In this document: positions 1 through 10,943 of the stretch, in pieces
Layout of the letters: each line of letters begins with the position of its first letter
Numbering within the stretch: position 1 is the stretch's first letter
Source: Oleiphilaceae bacterium
GTDB lineage: Bacteria; Pseudomonadota; Gammaproteobacteria; Pseudomonadales; Oleiphilaceae
Assembly: GCA_041622015.1 (NCBI GenBank)
Contig: JBFJZQ010000001.1
Coordinates: 1-43,012, forward strand
Length of the DNA stretch: 43,012 nt
Direction of reading: 5' to 3'
Position numbers and translations under genes: made by a program
Notes under the pieces: model-generated
What the model saw: the letters and a program-made list of their open reading frames with translations, nothing else
Databases searched by the model: none
Told to the model about the DNA's origin: nothing

Positions 1-188
1 AACATAGCCCTAATGCCGTGAGAATTATTGAAACCGATGCAATGAGTCACTTTATTAGTCTGGATGATGATAAATGGGTACCAGACCTAGACAGCCTACC
101 AAACCCATTGAGCAATAAACCCGCCAAACAACGTATGAAATTAAACCCTGAGCAGGCTAGAAAACTCGATAAAGCATCCATGGCGTAA
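1..188 (+). CDS. 3' end of an unidentified CDS (partial, runs off left edge)
   Basis: The open frame in register with position 3 reads ...NAVRIIETDAMSHFISLDDDKWVPDLDSLPNPLSNKPAKQRMKLNPEQARKLDKASMA and stops at TAA 186-188. An intrinsic terminator follows. No family recognised. Confidence 0.5.
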   Translation, partial: HSPNAVRIIETDAMSHFISLDDDKWVPDLDSLPNPLSNKPAKQRMKLNPEQARKLDKASMA

Positions 189-218
189 GCTTTCAAACAA
201 AAAAATAATCGCTCACAG

Positions 219-243
219 AAAAACCGGGACTTCCCGGTTTTTC
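219..243 (+). terminator. Rho-independent terminator of the left-edge CDS
   Basis: ccggg (224-228) / cccgg (233-237) stem with a 4-nt loop, preceded by an A-run and followed by TTTTT. Confidence 0.8.
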
Positions 244-320
244 TACATTTGTTCTCGCTTAGCCTCTGCTCTTTTTATAAGATAGCCAAATATCTGATAG
301 ACTCTATTTGGCTTAATTAC

Positions 321-1067
321 ATGTATCGAGAAAGAATCCTTAACACTAAAACCAATAATCCTGCAGCTATCCGACTTAAGGATGCCATGCTTGAATACCA
401 TGATTTCCAAGCTACCCGAAACAACGGCGATTTAAGCATCTACTCAGCGAAACTCGCACAATGGCAGAGCGAACGACTAAAACACTCCCATAGAGACTTA
501 TATTATTCTCCGGTTTATCAAGAGGGCTTAGCATTTTTATTCACTGACCTTTACTCGGATACTGACTTTAGTGACAGAGATAGAGACTTAGAGCGCATCT
601 TCCCAAAGATGGTTAAGCTCTTACCCCATTCAGTCTTAGACACGGTCAGCCTCTTGGTCGAATTAAACATGCTCACTCAAATGCTCGACCAAGAACTGGT
701 AACAAAGCTTTTTCAAGATTTGTCTTACACACGTATTGATGAACAAAATTATTGTGAAGCTTACCGTCTTTGCAATAATACTCAAAAGCGTCGCTATCAG
801 ATTAAGCTCACAGAAGAATTGGGAAAGAAACTAGACAAATATGCCCGCAGCCAAGTCATACTTTTCTCGTTGAAACTATCAAAAGGGGCTGCTGAAAGAG
901 CGGGTTTAGGCGCGCTTCATAGTTTCCTGAGCTCTGGTTTTAAGGCATTTCATAGCATGCAGGATATCGGCATGTTGATGCATAAAATTGCCTCACGAGA
1001 GATACTCTTCCTTGAAAAAATTATGCTCGGCAATGAAAATCCTTTTGACTTCAAGGTTGAACTATAA
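321..1067 (+). CDS. conserved hypothetical protein (about 248 aa)
   Basis: The tracked ORF 249-1067 starts at TTG immediately after the terminator. The first ATG (321, MYRERIL...) is the more plausible start. Helical, soluble-looking sequence with no catalytic motif recognised. The C-terminal ...REILFLEKIM... is reminiscent of the family PGAP names FFLEELY-motif protein, but that is from memory and unverified. Confidence 0.6.
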   Translation: MYRERILNTKTNNPAAIRLKDAMLEYHDFQATRNNGDLSIYSAKLAQWQSERLKHSHRDLYYSPVYQEGLAFLFTDLYSDTDFSDRDRDLERIFPKMVKLLPHSVLDTVSLLVELNMLTQMLDQELVTKLFQDLSYTRIDEQNYCEAYRLCNNTQKRRYQIKLTEELGKKLDKYARSQVILFSLKLSKGAAERAGLGALHSFLSSGFKAFHSMQDIGMLMHKIASREILFLEKIMLGNENPFDFKVEL

Positions 1068-1098
1068 AAACCTAGGACTTAGTTAGTTTCAAACCAAA

Positions 1099-2949
1099 CT
1101 AGAAAGAAAACTCAGCCGCATTTATTTTGGCTAGCAAAGCGCTATCTATTTTCTGGTAGGTTTTTGTTCTGGGTAAACAAACCCAAATATCATCACCCGA
1201 GTGATTAATATTAAATGCCTGCTTTTTCAGATCTGTTTTCTTGTATTTAAAGGTTCCCGTCGTTTCCATCACATCTTTCGCAACTCGCACAAAAATTGGT
1301 AGAGCATAAGATGGCAATACCGACTGAACATAGCGGTAAAATTCTTGAGGATGAAAGTTTGCTTCGTCTTTTAACCAAACAGCTGCCATGCCAGCTCGAC
1401 CATTGGTATCAGGTACTTCGACCCCATAGACGATGACATCGGTGACTGCGGCATACTGACTGATACAATTTTCTACTTCCGTGGTGGATACATTTTCGCC
1501 TTTCCAACGGAAGGTATCACCCAAGCGATCCACAAACTGAACATGTTTGAAGCCTTGATCACGCATTAAGTCACCCGAATTGAACCAGGCATCACCACTA
1601 GAAAAGACATTTCTAAGGATTTTCTCCTCTGTTTTATCAGGATCTGTATAGCCATCAAATGGCGTTTTGTCGGTAATCTCACCCAATAACAAACCAGACT
1701 CTCCTTTAGCAACACGCTTCATATAACCATCGGAATGCCGAACTGGGCAATCATTTTCTATATCGTATTCAACAATTGCATAAGGCACTGTAGTGCACCC
1801 GACCGTGCAGTCATGATTAAAGACATTTAAAAAGCCAATATTGCCTTCACTCGAACCATAGAATTCCATCACTTTGTCTACACCAAAGCGCTTTTTGAAG
1901 GGTTTCCATAAATTCGGCCTTAAACCATTACCAAACATCATCCGGACTTTATGTTTTCTATCCAACGAAGATTCGGGCTGAGCTAACAAATATCGACACA
2001 GCTCACCAACATAACAAAATGCCGTTGCATCTGTCCGCCGTACATCATTCCAAAACTCACTGGCAGAGAATTTACGCGACATTACTAAACAGGCATCACC
2101 CGCCAAAATGCTTCCCCAAGCAATAGCTAAGGCCGTGCCATGATAAAAAGGCAGGGTGACGTAAGCACGATCTTTTTTATTCAGCTGCAAGCAAGCCAAC
2201 CCAGCACCGCCATAAGCCTTCATAAACCGTCCATTAGTCATCACCGCAGCTTTAGGTAAGCCTGTGGTACCGGAAGTATAAAAATAGCAGGAAGCATCGC
2301 GAGGGCGTGCTGAGAAAGTACTCGACGGGTTAGCATTAGAATGTGTTTTTTGTAATGCCGCTAAATCTGTAAAGTTAGGCGGCACCTGATAATTTTCTTG
2401 GGCCTGGCAAGTATCGATGTCCGGCAAATAAAAACGAGATGCTAGATCTTTAGGTAAAATCTCTTCTTCGAGGGTCAGGACATCACATAGTTCATCACCC
2501 ACAATGATCCGTGTTGCATTCACTACCGACAAACTATGTCTTAAGGCTGCGCCTCTTTGGCTGGTATTAATTAAAGCTGCCACCGCGCCAATTTTGGTTA
2601 AGGCGGCAATACAGACTAAGAGCTCCGCTCTATTTTCAATAAATATCGCGAGCACTTCCCCTTTCTCTACCCCTAAGCCTTGAAAAGTATGTGCCATTCG
2701 ATTCACCCAGGCATTTAACTCTCGATAAGTATATTGCGTATTTTCAAAGATAATGGCTAAACCATTGGGATTTCTTTTTGCCGATTGTTCTAAACAGACG
2801 CCTATTCCCGCGGGATAGTCGCCGGCTTTTCGACTTGCCAAATAGGCACCCTGAATACGCTTTGGTAATCCAACACAAAATAAAGGAAGTTTACAAAGAA
2901 ATTGACTTAACGATAGAACCTGGCCATCTTTCATGGAGGAGTCTGACAT
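1099..2949 (-). CDS. long-chain/very-long-chain acyl-CoA synthetase (FATP / FadD6-like AMP-binding enzyme)
   Basis: 616 aa. AMP-binding signature YFYTSGTTGLPKAAVMTNGR, then ...FYGSSEGN... and ...GDLMRDQGFKHVQFVDRLGDTFRWKGENVSTTEVE, typical of adenylate-forming ligases of the fatty-acid-transport-protein subgroup. Confidence 0.85.
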   Translation of the reverse strand: MSDSSMKDGQVLSLSQFLCKLPLFCVGLPKRIQGAYLASRKAGDYPAGIGVCLEQSAKRNPNGLAIIFENTQYTYRELNAWVNRMAHTFQGLGVEKGEVLAIFIENRAELLVCIAALTKIGAVAALINTSQRGAALRHSLSVVNATRIIVGDELCDVLTLEEEILPKDLASRFYLPDIDTCQAQENYQVPPNFTDLAALQKTHSNANPSSTFSARPRDASCYFYTSGTTGLPKAAVMTNGRFMKAYGGAGLACLQLNKKDRAYVTLPFYHGTALAIAWGSILAGDACLVMSRKFSASEFWNDVRRTDATAFCYVGELCRYLLAQPESSLDRKHKVRMMFGNGLRPNLWKPFKKRFGVDKVMEFYGSSEGNIGFLNVFNHDCTVGCTTVPYAIVEYDIENDCPVRHSDGYMKRVAKGESGLLLGEITDKTPFDGYTDPDKTEEKILRNVFSSGDAWFNSGDLMRDQGFKHVQFVDRLGDTFRWKGENVSTTEVENCISQYAAVTDVIVYGVEVPDTNGRAGMAAVWLKDEANFHPQEFYRYVQSVLPSYALPIFVRVAKDVMETTGTFKYKKTDLKKQAFNINHSGDDIWVCLPRTKTYQKIDSALLAKINAAEFSF

Positions 2950-2983
2950 ATAGAACCTTTACGAAGTGATTGAAAAACAGGGG

Positions 2984-3259
2984 CTAGCTTAGTAGTTCAT
3001 CTAGGCGACGGGTAATTGAGTTTTCTATTTTAGATTTGAAGGGGGTTAACAAAAAGCTGAGCTCCATTTTTAAGTCAACGGACGAAGATGAAAGCATCAT
3101 CCGGCCTTTCGCACCCGCGCCTTTGAACTTAACGGTTTCATTTTCCCAATGATATTTCACGCCAAACTCTTCTGCCAAGTTTACCACGACCTCTTCTGCA
3201 ATCGCTTTTACCTCATCAAACTCTAAAGTATGCGGGCGGCTTACCGTTATCACTGACAT
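2984..3259 (-). CDS. putative polyhydroxyalkanoic acid system protein (PHA_gran_rgn family)
   Basis: 91 aa. MSVITVSRPHTLEFDEVKAIAEEVVVNLAEEFGVKYHWENETVKFKGAGAKGRMML... matches the architecture of the small PHA-granule-region family. That family sits next to ubiE in pseudomonads, and the position next to ubiE is the same here. Confidence 0.7.
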   Translation of the reverse strand: MSVITVSRPHTLEFDEVKAIAEEVVVNLAEEFGVKYHWENETVKFKGAGAKGRMMLSSSSVDLKMELSFLLTPFKSKIENSITRRLDELLS

Positions 3260-3540
3260 AAAACTCTCTCTTTTCTTTTAATATTAAAAACATTCAATAC
3301 ATAAGTTTAGGCAAGAATACCTGTATCGAAAGACATCGTGAACACTTATTCTTGCAGGAATTTCATCGATTACTGAATAATTATCTTGAGACAAAACATC
3401 TCCAAGAACATCCAAACTAATTTTAAGGCCTGTTATGATAGTTTTCCTGTTGGAGCAAGGTTAGAATGTTGCCCCAAGAATCAGCTTCAATCTCGCTAAA
3501 CCGAGCGGTGAATTCAGCAAGTATTTAAAGAGTATAGTCC

Positions 3541-4329
3541 ATGAATAAAGAGTCTTTCACAGAATCGCCAAGCACATCTAAAGATGCAGAAGACATCACA
3601 CATTTTGGTTTCCAAAATGTTCGGGCTGAAGAAAAAGCGGGCAAAGTGGCTGACGTATTTCATTCAGTCGCCAGTAAATACGACATTATGAATGACTTAA
3701 TGTCAATGGGCGTTCATCGGATATGGAAGCGTTTAACCATTGAATCTAGTGGCGTAAGGCCAGGCTATAAAGTGCTTGATATTGCCGGTGGCACAGGCGA
3801 CCTCACAATGCAGTTTTCCAAACGTGTAGGGGAACAAGGCCAAGTTATTCTCGCTGATATCAACTCATCGATGCTGAATGTGGGTCGGGATCGATTAATG
3901 GATCAAGGTTATGGCAGCAACATACAGTTTGTTCAAGCCAATGCTGAAACCCTACCCTTCCCTGATAATTACTTTAACTGCGTGAGCATTGCATTTGGTT
4001 TGCGCAATGTGACTGATAAAGAAAAGGCTCTGCGTTCAATGGCCCGTGTACTTAAGCCGGGCGGCCGCTTGCTTGTTCTTGAATTTTCAAAACCCAGTAA
4101 TGATCTTCTAAGCAAAGTATATGACAAATATTCCTTCACAGCGCTGCCATTCATGGGAAAACTGATTACCAACGATAGTGAAAGTTATAAATACCTGGCC
4201 GAATCCATTCGCATGCATCCAGACCAAGAGACCTTAAAAGGCATGATGGAAAATGCAGGCTTCGTTAACTGTCGTTACCAAAATATGACAGGCGGTATTG
4301 TGGCGCTTCACACAGGAATTAAGCCTTAA
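3541..4329 (+). CDS. ubiE: ubiquinone/menaquinone biosynthesis C-methyltransferase UbiE
   Basis: 262 aa. [25 protein letters not shown] and SAM-binding [10 protein letters not shown]. ubiE-ubiJ-ubiB operon order. Confidence 0.95.
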   Translation: MNKESFTESPSTSKDAEDITHFGFQNVRAEEKAGKVADVFHSVASKYDIMNDLMSMGVHRIWKRLTIESSGVRPGYKVLDIAGGTGDLTMQFSKRVGEQGQVILADINSSMLNVGRDRLMDQGYGSNIQFVQANAETLPFPDNYFNCVSIAFGLRNVTDKEKALRSMARVLKPGGRLLVLEFSKPSNDLLSKVYDKYSFTALPFMGKLITNDSESYKYLAESIRMHPDQETLKGMMENAGFVNCRYQNMTGGIVALHTGIKP

Positions 4330-4998
4330 ATGAAAGTCTTTGAGTCTGACTGGATGAAGTCTATTGCGAATCAACTGGCCAGTGGTATTAACAGTGCCAT
4401 CGCCATGTCGCCTGACTCTCAAAAACACTTAAAGAATCTAGAAGAGTGCGTATTAAAAATCCACCTAAGCGGCCTGAATTTTAATATATTTTTTGGGGTC
4501 TCCAAATCCGAACACAGCACAACAGCTTTAGACAACAGCACTTTCAGCTACCACGTTCAACTTACTGAGCAACTTGAGTCACCCGACGTTACCCTTTCTG
4601 GGAGCCCTATTTCGTTCATCAAGCTTTTCAGTCAAAAGAACAAAGTCTCTTTATTTCAAGCAAAAGAATTAACACTCACAGGCGACTCTGTTCGAACACA
4701 ACAAATATTGGCATTTTTAAGTTCACTCAAAATTGACTGGGATGGGTTATTAGCTACTTTTATCGGCGATGTACCCGCTCATCTTTTAGGCACATCCATC
4801 CGCTCAGGTTTTATGTGGGGGCTTAATTTTACTCAATCGCTGATGCGAGATACTGAAGAATATATAAAATATGAACTACGCTTATTGCCAGATAAAAAGC
4901 GCGCAGTTAAGCAATTTTCAGCAATAGCGAAGCTTTCTCAAGAAGTCGATAAACTTAAACATCGCTTTGACCAATTTGAGAAGAAGATAAGTAAGTGA
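4330..4998 (+). CDS. ubiJ: ubiquinone biosynthesis accessory factor UbiJ (SCP2-domain protein)
   Basis: 222 aa. The start codon abuts the ubiE stop (TAAATG). Position between ubiE and ubiB, with size and SCP2-like N-terminal half typical of UbiJ/YigP. Confidence 0.8.
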   Translation: MKVFESDWMKSIANQLASGINSAIAMSPDSQKHLKNLEECVLKIHLSGLNFNIFFGVSKSEHSTTALDNSTFSYHVQLTEQLESPDVTLSGSPISFIKLFSQKNKVSLFQAKELTLTGDSVRTQQILAFLSSLKIDWDGLLATFIGDVPAHLLGTSIRSGFMWGLNFTQSLMRDTEEYIKYELRLLPDKKRAVKQFSAIAKLSQEVDKLKHRFDQFEKKISK

Positions 4999-5056
4999 TT
5001 TAAACACTTGCCCAGCTTTAACCTCGAACTATTTACCAACAGAGAATAATGTATTC

Positions 5057-6718
5057 GTGCCGAATTTATTAGGAATAACCAAGTTAAGACGTTTTTTTAC
5101 CATTTTATGGGTTATCAGCCGATATCGTTTAGATGAGTTTATTCCATCGAGTCAATTACCTTTCGCAATCAAGGTCTTGTTAATTTTCGCACCGTGGCAT
5201 GTATTTCCAAAACCAACAATGGATCGAGGAGAACGACTTCGTCTCGCACTAGAAACTCTCGGGCCCATCTTTATAAAATTCGGGCAGATTCTCTCGACGC
5301 GTCGTGATTTATTGCCTGACGATATGGCAGACTCACTTAAGCAACTTCAAGATAATGTTCAAGCTTTCTCTGGAGAACAAGCTAAAAAGCTGATTGAAAA
5401 AGGCCTGAGTAAGCAGGTTGAACAAGTTTTTGCCAGATTCAGTGTTGAACCGCTCGCAACGGCTTCAATCGCGCAAGTACATGCGGCTCAACTACATAAC
5501 GGTAAAGATGTGATTGTTAAGGTTATCCGCCCAGGCATCGAGAAGATCATCAACAAAGACATAAAACTGATGATGCTGTTTGCAACGTGGCTCGAACGTT
5601 TCTGGGTGGATGGTAAGCGTTTACACCCCATTCAACTTGTTGAAGACTACGAAAAAACCATTTATGACGAATTAGATTTACAAAGAGAAGCGGCCAATGC
5701 CTCTCAAATTCGCCGTAACTTTCTTGATTCAGAGCTAATCTATATCCCTGAAATTTTCTGGGACTACACCAACCAACATGTCTTGGTGATGGAACGAATT
5801 TATGGTATCCCAGTCGCCGATGTCGAAGCGTTAAAAGCGGCTAATGTAAACTTAAAAGCGCTCGCCGAGCGTGGTGTCGAAATATTCTTCACCCAGGTAT
5901 TTCGTGATAGTTTCTTCCATGCGGATATGCATCCGGGAAATATTTTTGTCTCTGCTGAGAAGCCTCATCAACCTCAGTATATCGCGATCGATTTTGGCAT
6001 TGTCGGCACTCTCAGTCATGACGATCAAAGTTATCTCGCGCGAAATTTACTCGCTTTTTTTAAGCGTGATTACAAAATGGTCGCGGAACTGCATATTTCA
6101 TCAGGCTGGATTCCAGAAAACACCCGCGTCGAAGAATTTGAATCGGCGATCCGTACGGTTTGCGAACCCATCTTCGAACGCCCACTAAAAGATATCTCCT
6201 TCGGGCAGTTTTTATTGCGTTTATTTCAAACAGCACGTCGCTTTAACATGGAGGTCCAGCCCCAGTTAGTGCTTCTACAAAAAACCTTACTCAATATTGA
6301 AGGACTTGGGAGACAGTTATACCCTGACTTGGATCTATGGAATACCGCTGCACCCTACTTAGAAAACTGGATGAAACAGCGTGTCGCGCCGCCAGGCATC
6401 TGGAAAAACATTAAACAGCATTTACCCGAATGGTTAGAACAATCGCCTGAAGTTCCTCAACTCTTGTTTGATGCCATGAACCAAATAAAACACTTAGACC
6501 ATTACTCTCATCAACGGGACAATCAGTCACTGGTGTTAACAGACGCAATAAAACAGCAGCGTAAACAATCAAAAGATTATATGATTGGCTTATCTTTGCT
6601 GGCTATCGGTTATATTGCGACTCACTCAGAAAGCCTTAACTGGATATCTGAGCTATCCTTACAAGCAGTTGCTCCTATCGCACTAGGTGCATATTTTATC
6701 CTACGTACAAAGAAATAA
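5057..6718 (+). CDS. ubiB: ubiquinone biosynthesis regulatory protein kinase UbiB (ABC1/ADCK family)
   Basis: 553 aa, GTG start. [48 protein letters not shown], and two C-terminal TM helices. Confidence 0.95.
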   Translation: MPNLLGITKLRRFFTILWVISRYRLDEFIPSSQLPFAIKVLLIFAPWHVFPKPTMDRGERLRLALETLGPIFIKFGQILSTRRDLLPDDMADSLKQLQDNVQAFSGEQAKKLIEKGLSKQVEQVFARFSVEPLATASIAQVHAAQLHNGKDVIVKVIRPGIEKIINKDIKLMMLFATWLERFWVDGKRLHPIQLVEDYEKTIYDELDLQREAANASQIRRNFLDSELIYIPEIFWDYTNQHVLVMERIYGIPVADVEALKAANVNLKALAERGVEIFFTQVFRDSFFHADMHPGNIFVSAEKPHQPQYIAIDFGIVGTLSHDDQSYLARNLLAFFKRDYKMVAELHISSGWIPENTRVEEFESAIRTVCEPIFERPLKDISFGQFLLRLFQTARRFNMEVQPQLVLLQKTLLNIEGLGRQLYPDLDLWNTAAPYLENWMKQRVAPPGIWKNIKQHLPEWLEQSPEVPQLLFDAMNQIKHLDHYSHQRDNQSLVLTDAIKQQRKQSKDYMIGLSLLAIGYIATHSESLNWISELSLQAVAPIALGAYFILRTKK

Positions 6719-6730
6719 AGAGCACAAAAC

Positions 6731-7060
6731 ATGTCTAGCGTTTTAAAAGAATTGACGGAAGTATTAGAACAGCGAAAAAAAGCCGAACCAGATAGCTCTT
6801 ATGTTGCAAGTTTACACCATAAAGGCTTGAATAAAATCTTAGAAAAACTGGGTGAAGAATGCACCGAAACCATCCTCGCGGCAAAGGATGTAAAAGATGA
6901 AGAAACCAAAAAGGAACTAATCTACGAAACGGCAGATTTATGGTTTCACAGTTTAGTCATGCTGTCGCATTTGGATTTAAATGCAGATGATATACTTAAT
7001 GAACTAAAACGAAGATTCAACCTATCCGGCCTAGAAGAAAAAGCTTCGCGGTCTAAATAA
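6731..7060 (+). CDS. hisE: phosphoribosyl-ATP pyrophosphatase
   Basis: 109 aa. ...[31 protein letters not shown]...[18 protein letters not shown], typical HisE. No hisI lies upstream; the gap to ubiB is only 12 nt. Confidence 0.9.
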   Translation: MSSVLKELTEVLEQRKKAEPDSSYVASLHHKGLNKILEKLGEECTETILAAKDVKDEETKKELIYETADLWFHSLVMLSHLDLNADDILNELKRRFNLSGLEEKASRSK

Positions 7061-7080
7061 CGTTATTTCTGGAGAACATT

Positions 7081-7326
7081 ATGGGCATTAGTCCTATGCA
7101 ATTACTCATCATCCTCTTAATCGTGGCACTTATTTTTGGCACCAAGAAACTACGCAATATGGGTGGCGATATTGGCGGCGCGGTTAAAGGCTTTAAAAAA
7201 GCATTGAAAGATGATGAAGAAAAAGCCGCTGAACAAAACATCATGGAAAAAAAGGCTGACAACATCATCGAAGGTAAGGCTGATAAAGTTGAAGAGCAAA
7301 AAACCAAAGATAATACCAAACCTTAA
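7081..7326 (+). CDS. tatA: twin-arginine translocase subunit TatA
   Basis: 81 aa. N-terminal TM helix then [23 protein letters not shown] amphipathic helix. Confidence 0.95.
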   Translation: MGISPMQLLIILLIVALIFGTKKLRNMGGDIGGAVKGFKKALKDDEEKAAEQNIMEKKADNIIEGKADKVEEQKTKDNTKP

Positions 7327-7363
7327 ATTAACAGCTTTTGATTAGTCTGGTTGTATAAACAAT

Positions 7364-7822
7364 ATGTTCGATATTGGTTTTCTAGAGCTTGTCTTAGTAG
7401 GCATCATTGGTTTGATCGTATTAGGCCCTGAGCGTTTGCCTGTCGCGGCCAGAACCCTTGGAAAGTGGGTCGGGCGAGCACGCAGACTGGTCAGTCAATT
7501 CACTCAGGAGATTGATAAAGAAATTGAAATCGAAGAACTCAAAGCCCAATTAAAAAAACAGGGTGAAAGTCTCGACATTAATAAAGATGTTCAACAAATT
7601 CAGGAAACGGTCTCTCGGGCCTTAAAAGAAGCCGAACAAGATGCCGAGAACACTGCTGACAAAGAATTAGAACCTCACTCCGGGGAATATGAACCACTCC
7701 CCAGAATAGAGCCTGACACAGTTTTTAGTAAACAGACGCCAATAGATCCAGCACAAACAGAATTATCTAACACATCATCGTCTCTCACGACTTCATCTTC
7801 AGCTAATACGACAAACAAATAA
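7364..7822 (+). CDS. tatB: twin-arginine translocase subunit TatB
   Basis: 152 aa. [26 protein letters not shown]...; follows tatA. Confidence 0.93.
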   Translation: MFDIGFLELVLVGIIGLIVLGPERLPVAARTLGKWVGRARRLVSQFTQEIDKEIEIEELKAQLKKQGESLDINKDVQQIQETVSRALKEAEQDAENTADKELEPHSGEYEPLPRIEPDTVFSKQTPIDPAQTELSNTSSSLTTSSSANTTNK

Positions 7823-7829
7823 CACGCAT

Positions 7830-8603
7830 ATGATTGATCAAAACAAACAAGAAGACTCTTTAGCTGATCAGCCTCAACCGCTTATCGCTCATTTGATCGA
7901 ACTTAGAGGTCGACTGTTAAAATCCGTCGTCTGCGTCATCGCAATTTTTTTAAGTCTTTACTACTTTTCTAACGATTTATATACACTTATTTCTGAACCG
8001 CTTCGGGTATTCCTGCCAGAAGGCAGCACGATGATCGCGACCGATGTCGCCTCGCCATTTTTTACCCCTTTTAAACTCACCCTAATGACCTCCGTCTTTA
8101 TCGGCATGCCCTACATGCTCTATCAAATTTGGAGCTTCATCGCGCCGGCTTTGTATGAAAAAGAAAAGCGCCTTGCCATTCCCTTGTTATTATCCAGCAT
8201 CGTTTTATTTTACTTAGGCATGGCCTTTGCCTACTTTGTGGTCTTCCCTTTAGTCTTTGGCTTTTTTACCAGTGCCGGGCCACAAGATGTGGCGATCATG
8301 ACAGACATTAGCAGCTATCTAGACTTTGTCCTCAAGCTATTCTTTGCTTTTGGCATAGCCTTTGAGATCCCCATAGCAACCATATTGCTGGTAGCCGCTG
8401 GCATTACCACCACAGATAATCTTCGTGAGAAAAGACCTTATGTTGTGGTAGGTTGCTTTGTTATTGGCATGCTACTCACGCCCCCTGATGTCATATCCCA
8501 ATTGCTTCTCGCCATTCCAATGTGGCTACTTTTTGAAATGGGTATCATCTTCGCCAGTATGTTGAAAAAGTCGGTAAGACAATCAGAAAATACGGCTGAT
8601 TAA
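7830..8603 (+). CDS. tatC: twin-arginine translocase subunit TatC
   Basis: 257 aa. Six-TM protein, [16 protein letters not shown]..., ...[10 protein letters not shown]... Confidence 0.95.
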   Translation: MIDQNKQEDSLADQPQPLIAHLIELRGRLLKSVVCVIAIFLSLYYFSNDLYTLISEPLRVFLPEGSTMIATDVASPFFTPFKLTLMTSVFIGMPYMLYQIWSFIAPALYEKEKRLAIPLLLSSIVLFYLGMAFAYFVVFPLVFGFFTSAGPQDVAIMTDISSYLDFVLKLFFAFGIAFEIPIATILLVAAGITTTDNLREKRPYVVVGCFVIGMLLTPPDVISQLLLAIPMWLLFEMGIIFASMLKKSVRQSENTAD

Positions 8604-8626
8604 ATGCTTTAAGGGAATATCAATTA

Positions 8627-9340
8627 ATGAATCTACTGTTACTGCAGGCAGAAAATATGCTCGGCGAGCACCTAGCTGAAGTGTCTGGAAGGCAGGTGCA
8701 GCATATTCATGAAACCTTAAATGTGCAAATAGGCAGCACCTTAACAGTTGGCTTAGTCAATCAAAAAGTCGGTTTAGCAAGCATTATTGAGCTTGATGAG
8801 AAACATGTACGCCTCGACATAAACTGGCTATCCGAGCCACCAAAAGCATTACCATTAACGCTCATTATTGGCTTGCCTCGCCCCAAAATGCTCAAACGAA
8901 TTATTCAAACCGCCACCACTATGGGCGTGAAAGAATTGTATTTTATCAATTCATGGAAGGTCGAAAAAAGCTTCTGGCAAACGCCTTGGCTGTGCGATGA
9001 AAAGATATTAGAAAATTGCACTCTAGGTTTAGAGCAAGCTAAAGATACGCTGATGCCAAGAATTCACTTGCGTAAACTCTTTAAACCCTTTGTCGAAGAT
9101 GAATTAGGCTCGATCAGTGAAGGTAGCTTAAAACTACTTGCTCACCCAATTTCAGATAAAGCTTGCCCTGCTGATATTCAACAGCAGACCACTTTAATCA
9201 TTGGTCCCGAGGGCGGATTTACACCTTATGAAGTAGGCAAACTAGAAGAAGTCGGTTTCGAAACGGTGCATTTGGGCGCCAGAATTTTACGTGTCGAAAC
9301 CGCGGTACCCGTACTACTCGGAAGGTTGTTTCAAACTTAG
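8627..9340 (+). CDS. 16S rRNA (uracil1498-N3)-methyltransferase family protein (RsmE-like)
   Basis: 237 aa. SPOUT/RsmE C-terminal signature LIIGPEGGFTPYEV...HLGARILRVETA. Confidence 0.8.
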   Translation: MNLLLLQAENMLGEHLAEVSGRQVQHIHETLNVQIGSTLTVGLVNQKVGLASIIELDEKHVRLDINWLSEPPKALPLTLIIGLPRPKMLKRIIQTATTMGVKELYFINSWKVEKSFWQTPWLCDEKILENCTLGLEQAKDTLMPRIHLRKLFKPFVEDELGSISEGSLKLLAHPISDKACPADIQQQTTLIIGPEGGFTPYEVGKLEEVGFETVHLGARILRVETAVPVLLGRLFQT

Positions 9341-9383
9341 AATATTTGATAAATTCGGAACTAGCTTTTAAGCTTTTCACATA

Positions 9384-9422
9384 AACCCAAAGCTCATATT
9401 TAAGTACTTGGGGTTGTTTTTT
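9384..9422 (+). terminator. probable intrinsic terminator after the rsmE-like gene
   Basis: aacccaa ... ttggggtt stem (one bulge) with a 17-nt loop, followed by GTTTTTT. Lies between convergent genes. Confidence 0.45.
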
Positions 9423-9431
9423 AGAAGATAC

Positions 9432-10922
9432 TTATTTAAAGCGTTGACGTAAAATATTCAATTGAGTAGCCAGTTCATCAAGTTTACTGGCAGCTAAATT
9501 AGCCTGAGAAATCTGGTCATTCATCGTTTTACCTGAGCTTACAATCGAACTTAGGTTCTCACTAATCTCAAGTGTCACCAAACTCTGTTCCTGAGCAGAT
9601 GAAGCAATTAATTGGTTCATCCCGTTTATGCTAGAAATTGCTTGAGACACCTGTTCCATCAATTCAAGATTGTTGTGCGTATTGTTTACACAATTAATAA
9701 CAAGCTCATTACTGGCGGTCATCGCTTCGACAGCAGAGCCGCTGCCTTCTTGCAGAGTACCAATCATCTTATCAATCTCTTCCGTTGACTGTTGGGTTCG
9801 CTGTGCAAGTGAACGTACTTCATCGGCAACAACCGCGAAACCACGACCTTGCTCACCGGCTCTTGCTGCCTCAATAGCCGCATTTAAAGCTAATAAGTTG
9901 GTTTGCTCGGCTATCCCCCTGATTACATCTAATAAGCTACCAATTTTAGCCGTTTCATGATCGAGTGATAAGATGGTGTCTGAAGCACTTTTAATTTGCT
10001 GTTCAAGAGAACGAATACTGCGTTCTGTTTCAGAGCTAGATTCTTTACAAGCCTGTGCATTTCTAGCGGCTTCATTTGCAGAATTAGCTGCATCCTCCGC
10101 ATTAGACGATACTTCTTTAGCAGACGCCGTCATTTCTTCAACAGCGGAAGCAATCATATCGGTCTGTTCATGCTGAGAGTGAGATTGCTCTTGTATGATT
10201 TTCGTAACGGTCACTAACTCTTTACTCGTTCCAAAAAGCAGGCTTGTATTGTTTGCAACTTCTTGAACCAGTGTGGACACTATCGTGGTATAAGAATCAA
10301 AACGCGATAATAGCTCTGTATTTCCCGAGGTACGCACGGTCAAATCGATTTGTGAGCCACCGACTATTTGCTGTGTAGCGGCCGCTAGTTCACTCGATGC
10401 CGAAAACTCTTTTCTTAGGTCATTCGCCATCCACAATAATATGCCTGTCTCAACTATTACATAGACAGCATGTAAGATGATAATCCACCACCCCTCATTA
10501 GCACTAGGTAAAACCCAAATATTACTTCCTTGAGTTTGTAAGTAGTAAAATCCAAAATGATGGACCGCAATAGTGCCTGCTGCAGCGATGATAGGCACCC
10601 AATCTCGATAATATAATAACAATGCCAATAACAGAAATACCCCAAAATGAAACTCAATCATGCCATGAGATTGTTGAATATGCAGAGAAGTCATCACCAT
10701 AAAGCCCGCACCCATGGCTAAGCGGCAAACCAATTCGCCGGCGGCCAGATAATATAGTGCAGCAACAGCTATAACGGTACCTCCACCTATTACAATCGCT
10801 TCAAACCATGTTGTATTCATCGACGCTAACAGTAAACTGACTAGAAACAGTCCTAGATGAAGAATTAACATAATACCGTCGGACTTCTTGAAGTGTTGAG
10901 TTAGTGCTATATTTTCTGCCAT
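9432..10922 (-). CDS. methyl-accepting chemotaxis protein with a polytopic His-rich membrane sensor domain
   Basis: Highly conserved MCP hairpin tip [38 protein letters not shown]. The N-terminal 170 aa form about six predicted TM helices and there is no periplasmic ligand-binding domain. The tracked ORF begins at GTG 10931, but ATG 10922 has better SD spacing (aagaggg, then 8 nt). Confidence 0.9.
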   Translation of the reverse strand: MAENIALTQHFKKSDGIMLILHLGLFLVSLLLASMNTTWFEAIVIGGGTVIAVAALYYLAAGELVCRLAMGAGFMVMTSLHIQQSHGMIEFHFGVFLLLALLLYYRDWVPIIAAAGTIAVHHFGFYYLQTQGSNIWVLPSANEGWWIIILHAVYVIVETGILLWMANDLRKEFSASSELAAATQQIVGGSQIDLTVRTSGNTELLSRFDSYTTIVSTLVQEVANNTSLLFGTSKELVTVTKIIQEQSHSQHEQTDMIASAVEEMTASAKEVSSNAEDAANSANEAARNAQACKESSSETERSIRSLEQQIKSASDTILSLDHETAKIGSLLDVIRGIAEQTNLLALNAAIEAARAGEQGRGFAVVADEVRSLAQRTQQSTEEIDKMIGTLQEGSGSAVEAMTASNELVINCVNNTHNNLELMEQVSQAISSINGMNQLIASSAQEQSLVTLEISENLSSIVSSGKTMNDQISQANLAASKLDELATQLNILRQRFK

Positions 10923-10943
10923 TCCTCTCACCCTCTTAATAAA

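Noticed and set aside
249-320. TTG-initiated N-terminal extension of the first full ORF
   Set aside because: It begins 6 nt after the upstream terminator's T-run and encodes low-complexity hydrophobic sequence. ATG 321 is the more plausible start.
2778-2969. 63-aa plus-strand ORF
   Set aside because: It lies almost entirely antisense within the 5' end of the acyl-CoA synthetase gene and has no recognisable features.
2984-3259. PHA-system protein without PHA synthase or phasin genes nearby as a sign of a degraded PHA locus
   Set aside because: The window's left edge limits the view, and this small gene is often found next to ubiE regardless of pha genes, so no conclusion is possible.
3969-4428. 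Two minus-strand ORFs (67 and 64 aa)
   Set aside because: They are antisense to ubiE/ubiJ, whose coding assignment is secure.
6719-6730. Missing hisI between ubiB and hisE
   Set aside because: hisI precedes hisE at this position in pseudomonads, but a monofunctional hisE with hisI elsewhere is common, so this is not anomalous.
7053-7319. 88-aa minus-strand ORF
   Set aside because: It is a mirror-frame ORF antisense to tatA. Its Ser/Ala/Phe-rich composition is an artefact of the Lys/Glu/Ala-rich tatA codons.
9670-10217. Three plus-strand ORFs (96, 67 and 73 aa) and a minus-strand out-of-frame ORF at 10457-10657
   Set aside because: All are embedded in the MCP gene. The Ala/Ser-rich antisense frames are typical of MCP coiled-coil coding sequence.
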